64,000 bases of DNA, from IMG/VR virus record IMGVR_UViG_2821904334_000002; one strand, given 5' to 3'. The notes under the pieces were generated by a model, which worked only from the letters and a program-made list of their open reading frames with translations, was not told where the DNA came from and made no database searches. Every line of letters starts with the position of its first letter. The first letter of the stretch is position 1. Positions 58,144-64,000 of this stretch are shown here, piece after piece. This DNA is from an uncultured virus (IMG/VR IMGVR_UViG_2821904334_000002) (lineage: Duplodnaviria; Heunggongvirae; Uroviricota; Caudoviricetes). Made by a program: the position numbers and the translations under genes.

Positions 58144-59421
58144 GTGTTTTATTTGCGAGTAATGTTAGAAAGTATATCCAATGAAGACTTATATTTTGCC
58201 TTACAAAAGTATGGTGAGAAGTTAGCAGACAATAAAAAAGATTATAGTCAAGTAAAATCGGAAGAGTTTGAGAGGTTACAGCTTCTTAGACCTCTTCCAG
58301 TATTAGATGAACGGAGTCTGATATCCGAAGAGGTAGAAGAAGATTATGAAATACAATCAAAAGCTACAGACTCACTAGAGTATATTACATTAGAATCTAT
58401 TCTACCGCATGAAATTACAAGTCATATTGAGAATGTCTTTGAAAAGCTAAACAGTAGTGTAAACTTAGATTTAGTTTCAGAAGATGAACCAATTGATTAT
58501 ACAAAAGAAGAACCTCCAGTTGTCATTATAGACGAAGAAGAGGAAGAGGAAATCATAGATGATGAAATTATAGACGATGAAGTCATTGAAGATGAAATAG
58601 AAGATGAAGAATTAGAAGATGAGGAAGAGGAAGAACTACTAGAAGATGACGATGAGGAAGAATTGTTAGACGATGACGAGGAAGAAGACCTTGAAGACGA
58701 AGAAGACGACTTTGAGGATGAGGACGAAGAAGAGGAATTCTTAGAAGACGAAGAGGAAGATGACGAGATTATAGAGGAAGAGGAAGAAGACGATTTCGAG
58801 GATGAAGAAGACCTTGAAGACGAAGAAGATTTAGAAGAGGAAGACGAGGAAGAGGAAGAAGAATTCCACGAACCTGAGCCTGAACCTATAATCGAAGAAG
58901 TTAAACTAGTAAAACCAATCATTACACCTCCAATCGTAGAAAAGAAAGAACCTATTCAATCTTATGAACCAGTGTTTAAAAAGGATGCACCAGTCGTTAA
59001 AAAGACTGAACCTGAATTTAAGAAGGATACACCATATGTATCACCTTCAAAACCTGAGTTGAAGAAAGAGGAACCTGTTCAAAGTCAATTTGACATTCCA
59101 AATAATCCAAGACCGAGTCGTAGAGCTAGTTCAAACTCAAGAAGAATGAATAGCATAGGCGGAAGTGAAGAAGACTTCATTAAAAATATAATGAACGGTA
59201 CAAATTCCGAAGTAACTCCACCTTCAACGAATGTCAATCCATCTTCTCCAAAAGTAGAAGAAGTAAAAGTAGAAAACTTACCTCCAGACCCAATTTCGTA
59301 TTTAAGACTTCATCCGAGGTCGAAGGAAAACGAGGTCAAAAAGTTATATCCACCTAAAGTAGTAGATGAGTATATTAATAGCGGTATCATAACGAGGGCT
59401 AGAGGGGTATTATTAATTTAA
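58144..59421 (+). CDS. hyperacidic protein with small C-terminal winged-helix-like domain
   Basis: ~120-aa D/E tract; P-rich linker; C-terminus PISYLRLHPRSKENEVKKLY..VVDEYINSGIITRARGVLLI. Confidence 0.7.
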   Translation: MFYLRVMLESISNEDLYFALQKYGEKLADNKKDYSQVKSEEFERLQLLRPLPVLDERSLISEEVEEDYEIQSKATDSLEYITLESILPHEITSHIENVFEKLNSSVNLDLVSEDEPIDYTKEEPPVVIIDEEEEEEIIDDEIIDDEVIEDEIEDEELEDEEEEELLEDDDEEELLDDDEEEDLEDEEDDFEDEDEEEEFLEDEEEDDEIIEEEEEDDFEDEEDLEDEEDLEEEDEEEEEEFHEPEPEPIIEEVKLVKPIITPPIVEKKEPIQSYEPVFKKDAPVVKKTEPEFKKDTPYVSPSKPELKKEEPVQSQFDIPNNPRPSRRASSNSRRMNSIGGSEEDFIKNIMNGTNSEVTPPSTNVNPSSPKVEEVKVENLPPDPISYLRLHPRSKENEVKKLYPPKVVDEYINSGIITRARGVLLI

Positions 59422-59464
59422 GTCCAGTAAACCTGTAAGAAAGTGATGAAAGAAGGGGTATTTC

Positions 59465-59809
59465 GTGTCAATTAAAGTAACAGCAGTAAGTTTTAGTTTT
59501 GCAAAAGCAATGGATGAAAACAGAAACGGTTCATGTGGGTTCTGTAGGGTTATCTTAAATGGGGTAATCACGATAAACAGGGTAAGGGTTATCAAGAAAG
59601 AATCAGACTATATTGTACAAATGCCTGTAACACCTTGTAGGAATGTAGAAGAAAGTGCAATCAAGTCAGTTGTACAGATAACAGATAGAGAGACGATGTC
59701 GGAAATAGAAACAGCAGTTTTAAAGGAGTATAACGAGATATTAAAGAATACAAAAGTCTATACGAAGAAGCCCTCTAGAAATAACAATCAAACTAAAACA
59801 TACAAGTAG
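59465..59809 (+). CDS. spoVG: SpoVG-family protein
   Basis: IKVTAV..GFCRVILNGVITINRVRVI..IVQMP..IETAVLKEY matches the SpoVG pattern. Confidence 0.75.
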   Translation: MSIKVTAVSFSFAKAMDENRNGSCGFCRVILNGVITINRVRVIKKESDYIVQMPVTPCRNVEESAIKSVVQITDRETMSEIETAVLKEYNEILKNTKVYTKKPSRNNNQTKTYK

Positions 59810-59818
59810 AGAAGTTAA

Positions 59819-59846
59819 AGCCGTTGTGTAGAACAACGGCTATTTT
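59819..59846 (+). terminator. intrinsic terminator
   Basis: AGCCGTTGT...ACAACGGCT followed by ATTTT. Confidence 0.7.
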
Positions 59847-59864
59847 AATTAGGAGGAAGGTTAA

Positions 59865-61451
59865 ATGGCGAAACGAACGGTTAAATACTATAATGATAGA
59901 TTACAAGGCTCAATGAACGAAGCAGACTGTGATAATTTAGAGCATATTTTAAAAATGAAAGAAGTAAACGGAAGCATTGATTCACTAAAACGTACAATCT
60001 ATGCTTTATCAGACGAAGAAGTAGAAAGAATACAACGAGAAAAGAAAGTAGACCCGACTATTTCAAAAGAAAAAGGTACATTAGCTGATAACCAAACACT
60101 AGGAACAGCTTATATGTATTATTCAGGAGACTGTATTATTGGAGATAGCGTAGGTTTAGGTAAAACTGTACAGGTATCAGCCCTTATCAATTTAAAGAGA
60201 AAGCAAAACCATGATAACGGTATCCCTTTCCGCTACCTATTCTTAACAGAGAAAACACTAGTAGAACAGGCAGTTAGAGAGTTAACTCGTTTTACAAGAC
60301 AGTATGTACATGAGTTAACTGGTGAAAAGAAAGAGAACGTAAAATGGCGTGAAGAAATGTGGGATGGTCATAAAGGCGGTATTGTTGCGCCACACTCTTT
60401 ACTGAAACAGCAAGTCTTTCATTCATGGTTAGACGATATGTTAGACGAATATGGGTTAGCAGAAGGAAACTACTATTTCGATTATCTGTTTATAGATGAA
60501 TCGAGTTTATTAGGTAGTACAAACACACAACTGTATAAGTATGCTGAATTACTAAGAAGATATGCAAAACACGTTATCTTAATGAATGCAACACCATTCG
60601 AAAGTAACTTAGAAACATTCTATGGTCAATTAAACTTCTTAGACCCAAACCTTATGCCAGCTAAGACTACATTTAAGAAGATATACTACGTATTAGAGTA
60701 TGGACACGGTCAGAAGAAATGGGGTGTTCATAACGGTAAGTATAAGAATGCACATGTGTTTAGGCATCAAGTGGGGTATTTCTATTTCTATCAAACTCGT
60801 AAACAATTAGGTGCGGAAATGAAGAATACGACCTATGAGATTATAACAAGGGAAATGACAAAGGAACAAACAGAGTTAATGAAGCTAACTGATATGTATG
60901 GGTATGTGTATGATTGTCCTACCTATCTAGACGCTGATATTCCATTTGATGAAGAGAATGTACCGAAGTTAGACATGTTAGAAGAGTTACTAGAAAACAA
61001 AATCAAGGTAGGAGAACAGGTATTAATCTTCTGTCATTACAAAGAATCACAAAGAAGACTACAAGATTGGTTTGAGAACCGTGGTTATGATACTGAAATC
61101 TTAAATGGTGATATTACAAACCGAGAAGAACGAAACAGTATTGTAAATGCATTTAAAGAGAAAGAGTACGAAGTATTAATAACTTCTGTTCAGAAGGGGT
61201 TAAACTTTGGAGACGTACCACATTTAATCTTCTATTCATTCAGTACAAACCCAAACAAAATGATTCAAATGGAAGGTCGTGTTACTCGTTCATTCCATAT
61301 TGAGAATAAAAACTTCTATCTATTAGCGCATGAAGGTAGGGAGTTAAACAAACTGAAGAAAGATGTTAAAAAGACCTTACAATCAAGTCGTGAGTTCTCT
61401 AGTGATGATTTAAGTGCAGTAGTTGAAATGTTACTAAACCTTATGGATTAA
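59865..61451 (+). CDS. SNF2-like SF2 helicase/ATPase
   Basis: IIGDSVGLGKT; FIDESS; MNATP; VLIFC; KGLN; QMEGRVTR. Confidence 0.88.
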   Translation: MAKRTVKYYNDRLQGSMNEADCDNLEHILKMKEVNGSIDSLKRTIYALSDEEVERIQREKKVDPTISKEKGTLADNQTLGTAYMYYSGDCIIGDSVGLGKTVQVSALINLKRKQNHDNGIPFRYLFLTEKTLVEQAVRELTRFTRQYVHELTGEKKENVKWREEMWDGHKGGIVAPHSLLKQQVFHSWLDDMLDEYGLAEGNYYFDYLFIDESSLLGSTNTQLYKYAELLRRYAKHVILMNATPFESNLETFYGQLNFLDPNLMPAKTTFKKIYYVLEYGHGQKKWGVHNGKYKNAHVFRHQVGYFYFYQTRKQLGAEMKNTTYEIITREMTKEQTELMKLTDMYGYVYDCPTYLDADIPFDEENVPKLDMLEELLENKIKVGEQVLIFCHYKESQRRLQDWFENRGYDTEILNGDITNREERNSIVNAFKEKEYEVLITSVQKGLNFGDVPHLIFYSFSTNPNKMIQMEGRVTRSFHIENKNFYLLAHEGRELNKLKKDVKKTLQSSREFSSDDLSAVVEMLLNLMD

Positions 61452-61480
61452 GTCTATAGGGTTTAGTAATGAAACTCTAT

Positions 61481-61509
61481 TTGACAAATTGCTTAACTTA
61501 TGTTATAAT
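61481..61509 (+). promoter_or_regulatory. sigma-A promoter, repeated family
   Basis: TTGACAAATTGCTTAACTTATGTTATAAT. Confidence 0.85.
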
Positions 61510-61541
61510 AAAGATATAAAATTTAAAGGTAGGGGCTAAAA

Positions 61542-62465
61542 GTGGATGAATTAAGAGCAAGTGAAAAATCAAGAGGGGCAAAATACAGTAACGTTGCTAG
61601 GGAAAAGACGGTCACACTGTTATTTAAGGATGAACCTGTAACATTTTTAAGGGAAGAGTATAATAAGAAACTAACAAAATTCATAACGAGATTTGAGAAA
61701 CACGATGGGGTGAAGTCAATTCGTTGTCACTTCTCTAAAACGTCAGAAAGTATATATGTAATGGTACAGTATGAAAACAGAAATGGTTACTTACTGTTTA
61801 CTATTAAAAACCACAAAGATTATCGAGTATCTAGTGTTAAGATATTCACAACTACGAAATTCTTTGATATGGCTCATTTAGGTAGAGCAATTGGAATGTA
61901 CATACAAGAAGCCAAAGAGAGTGAAACTTTATTATTTAACTTCAAGTTTGGAACATTCTTAGGATTAAACACAATTTATAAGTTAGCAGATAAAGGGTAT
62001 CAGATTACAACTCACCCTTTAAACTATGAACTAGATTTATCAAGAGGTATTTACATTTCATCTAAGGTAAACATATCAGATAGTACACTAATTACAGATG
62101 AAGTATTCTTAAAAAGAATTAAGAAACTAGTACATTGCGGATTAATTAGAGCCTACAAAGTAAACGAAGGGGTAGTACGATTCTACATTTCGATTTTCGG
62201 TAGTGAGTTATACAAGCAAAACGCTGAAAAGTATAAACAACAATTATCAGAAACAAACTTAGCAGGTATTGATGGATTACTTGAAAATTCAGTAGGAGTA
62301 TCCAAGAGAACTTCTTCTACCGCAAAGCATCATAAAAAGAAACCACATACAAAGGGTTCTTACAAAGGTAAACAGCCATATAAGAAGAAACCGTATCAAG
62401 GAAAGTCAGATAGTACGCAAAAACCGAGCAAACCTCATTATAAGAAAGATGATAATACAAAATGA
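61542..62465 (+). CDS. hypothetical protein with possible winged-helix and Lys-rich tail
   Basis: IKKLVHCGLI...FYISIFG; KKKP-rich C-terminus. Confidence 0.7.
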   Translation: MDELRASEKSRGAKYSNVAREKTVTLLFKDEPVTFLREEYNKKLTKFITRFEKHDGVKSIRCHFSKTSESIYVMVQYENRNGYLLFTIKNHKDYRVSSVKIFTTTKFFDMAHLGRAIGMYIQEAKESETLLFNFKFGTFLGLNTIYKLADKGYQITTHPLNYELDLSRGIYISSKVNISDSTLITDEVFLKRIKKLVHCGLIRAYKVNEGVVRFYISIFGSELYKQNAEKYKQQLSETNLAGIDGLLENSVGVSKRTSSTAKHHKKKPHTKGSYKGKQPYKKKPYQGKSDSTQKPSKPHYKKDDNTK

Positions 62466-62635
62466 GAGGTTTAGAGATATTATTTCTCGTATTCGTTGGA
62501 ACGGTATTACTATATGTGTTTAGTAATTCATGGGGTTGGAGTCAAGAAGTAAAAAGACTCGTTATATTTGGGATTACGGTTCTTACAATGATAGGAACAG
62601 TAATCGGAGTAGTGATTTACGGAATACACATCTAA
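62462..62635 (+). CDS. small two-TM membrane protein (57 aa, not in ORF track)
   Basis: ATGA overlap with the upstream stop; MRGLEILFLVFVGTVLLYVF...YGIHI*. Confidence 0.55.
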   Translation: MRGLEILFLVFVGTVLLYVFSNSWGWSQEVKRLVIFGITVLTMIGTVIGVVIYGIHI

Positions 62636-62673
62636 GGGTTAAGATGTGGAAACAAAAGAGGTGAGCAAGAGAC

Positions 62674-62835
62674 ATGCCAACAATGTTAATATATGCGTAT
62701 ACATTATCAGTTTTGATTTTCGTATTCATGTTATGGACGAAGATGGAGACTACAAAGTTTAAGAAGGTATTCTTAACAGGGGTAATTGGTGCTTCCTTAT
62801 ATGCATTAAACTATTTCGGTTTATTCTATAGCTAA
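62674..62835 (+). CDS. small two-TM membrane protein (53 aa, not in ORF track)
   Basis: GAGGTGA RBS; MPTMLIYAYTLSVLIFVFMLW...GLFYS*. Confidence 0.6.
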   Translation: MPTMLIYAYTLSVLIFVFMLWTKMETTKFKKVFLTGVIGASLYALNYFGLFYS

Positions 62836-62896
62836 GGGTTAAGTTATAGACGAGTAAACGTAAAAAGAAACTATGGAGAGTATAGGAGTGTTTATC

Positions 62897-63094
62897 ATGA
62901 AAGCAGAATACACAGTACACATTTTAAAACTGGGTTTAGGGTTCATGCTTGCAACATCTATCATAATCGGTTTAGTAAAGAACTTTAGTGTTAGTCCAAT
63001 AGAAGTCATTGCATTATTCGTTTTGATTTTAATTACACCTAAAACAAATTTAGCTTGGAAAGACCTAGTAGCTGTTTGGAATGGTCGAAAATAA
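62897..63094 (+). CDS. small two-TM membrane protein
   Basis: track start 62873; ATG 62897 follows AGGAG. Confidence 0.65.
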   Translation: MKAEYTVHILKLGLGFMLATSIIIGLVKNFSVSPIEVIALFVLILITPKTNLAWKDLVAVWNGRK

Positions 63095-63344
63095 GATGGG
63101 AAAAATGACACCACCACTCGGCATAACAGGGTACAGAAAACCTGTTACAAGAAAGTTAATGAGACAGCTAGTAGAAGAGAACAAATTTCATTTTATTACA
63201 GGTTATTCTCCAATCATATACAAACCGGAGTTAGGGTTATATGTTTGTCATATGGATGAGAGATACGATAATAAAACAGTAGAGGAACTTTGGGAAGTAT
63301 TAAGGGGTAGTAGAGGAGGAAGACAGTTATGCTATCAGGATTAA
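63081..63344 (+). CDS. hypothetical protein (87 aa)
   Basis: ORF overlapping its neighbours in operon fashion. Confidence 0.55.
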   Translation: MVENKMGKMTPPLGITGYRKPVTRKLMRQLVEENKFHFITGYSPIIYKPELGLYVCHMDERYDNKTVEELWEVLRGSRGGRQLCYQD

Positions 63345-63658
63345 AACGGATATTCAAGCCAAACAAACAAGCAATGAAAGAGAAAGATATCATTATAAAC
63401 ATTAAAGTTATGCAAAAAGATAGAAAGAAATTAGAAACTGAAAGAGCATTAAAAATAGATGAAATGTGCGAAGCGGTTAAAGGTATATCAAAAGAAAACA
63501 AAGATGAAGTAAGTACAAAACTAACAAAAGATATTATGGAAATTAACGCACAAATTGACCCGAAAATTGAAGAGTGTAACTTACGTATCCAAGAGCAAAT
63601 GGATAAAGCAAGATATTTAAAACTAGATGTAGGGTACATAGAAGAAATGGTAAGCTAA
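63329..63658 (+). CDS. hypothetical coiled-coil protein (109 aa)
   Basis: GAGGAGG RBS. Confidence 0.7.
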   Translation: MLSGLKRIFKPNKQAMKEKDIIINIKVMQKDRKKLETERALKIDEMCEAVKGISKENKDEVSTKLTKDIMEINAQIDPKIEECNLRIQEQMDKARYLKLDVGYIEEMVS

Positions 63659-63662
63659 CTAG

Positions 63663-63812
63663 ATGGGATTCTTAACAGACTTTATTATTTTATCTACAGT
63701 ACCAAGTGTGGCATTATTACTAACAAAGAAGTTTCCAATGAAACTAAGAATTGTATTAGTTATTAATATGGGTTATTATCGTAGTTTTTATGCTAAACAC
63801 GGAAGCATATAA
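63663..63812 (+). CDS. small hydrophobic protein (49 aa, not in ORF track)
   Basis: ORF immediately after the previous stop; weak RBS. Confidence 0.35.
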   Translation: MGFLTDFIILSTVPSVALLLTKKFPMKLRIVLVINMGYYRSFYAKHGSI

Positions 63813-63859
63813 AGTAGACGGATGTTTAAAAGGTTGTAAATAAGAGAGGGGTAGTTACA

Positions 63860-64000
63860 ATGAATACAGAAACTCAATCTATGCATTTATTAGAAAAGGC
63901 AGTAGAACAGAAGGTCAAACTACTATTAACAAAGCAAGAAGAACAGAGACTTATTGAAATTGAAAATAACTATTTAAGTTTAAACGGATTACAATTAGAC
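63860..64000 (+). CDS. hypothetical protein, 3'-truncated by the window edge
   Basis: GAGGGG RBS; open to the window end (MNTETQSMHLLEKAVEQK...). Confidence 0.6.
   Translation, partial: MNTETQSMHLLEKAVEQKVKLLLTKQEEQRLIEIENNYLSLNGLQLD

Larger units (their letters stand above)
315..63853 (+). repeat. dispersed strand-polarised hexamer GGGGTA
   Basis: about 117 copies counted by eye on the + strand; no TACCCC seen. Confidence 0.85.
1..64000. mobile_element. segment of a large Bacillus conjugative plasmid (pXO16-like)
   Basis: VirB4-like, FtsK-like and NlpC/P60 transfer genes; ArdC; sigma-A promoters; low GC; no chromosomal housekeeping operons or phage structural genes. Confidence 0.7.

Noticed and set aside
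27623..58922. Ser-rich minus-strand ORFs (27623-27817, 58497-58922) and the alternative-frame ORF 28339-28611
   Set aside because: Shadows of the GAA/GAT-rich acidic genes; no RBS or independent coding signal.
445..63639. Other minus-strand ORFs in the track (e.g. 4646-5056, 34034-34720, 63214-63639)
   Set aside because: Nearly all overlap longer + strand genes that have good RBSs; typical antisense shadows in a strongly co-oriented region.
315..63853. GGGGTA as G-quadruplex, telomeric repeat or merely a Shine-Dalgarno variant
   Set aside because: Copies are isolated, hundreds of bp apart, not tandem; most lie inside CDSs far from start codons, so RBS use explains only a minority.
1..64000. 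Jumbo phage or prophage origin (strong repeated promoters, many orphans, DnaX, SNF2)
   Set aside because: No terminase, capsid, tail or lysis cassette recognised, whereas VirB4/FtsK/hydrolase transfer genes and ArdC point to a conjugative plasmid. Cannot be fully excluded from one window.
1..64000. tRNA, rRNA, IS elements, relaxase/oriT
   Set aside because: No cloverleaf, rRNA-like sequence, transposase motifs, HUH relaxase motif or recognisable nick site seen by eye.

Overview
AT-rich, gene-dense segment in which essentially every real gene lies on the + strand. It looks like part of a very large Bacillus cereus-group conjugative plasmid. The gene order resembles my recollection of the pXO16 'tip' transfer locus, but this was not checked against a database. 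Layout: (i) 0.5-6.6 kb has hypothetical genes, including a possibly degenerate family-A polymerase-like protein and an SLH-repeat protein. (ii) 6.9-25.4 kb is an establishment-like region with an ArdC-type antirestriction gene, a secreted C39-peptidase surface protein and three tandem paralog arrays, one built by shuffling three small modules. Most units there have their own near-identical sigma-A promoter and terminator. (iii) 25.9-38.3 kb encodes a hyperacidic protein, a DnaX-like clamp-loader subunit, a tandem HU-like protein, a metal-dependent hydrolase and three paralogous pilin-like membrane proteins. (iv) 38.3-61.5 kb is a transfer region with a 1836-aa membrane protein, an NlpC/P60 hydrolase, VirB8-like proteins, a VirB4-like ATPase, an FtsK/SpoIIIE ATPase, SpoVG-like and SNF2-like genes, and no recognisable relaxase. 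The strongest unexplained signal is the hexamer GGGGTA: about 117 copies on the + strand by manual count and none seen on the - strand, in all reading frames and in intergenic DNA. It is a candidate KOPS/TRS-like polar signal for the element's own FtsK-type translocase. All family assignments come from motif recognition by eye.
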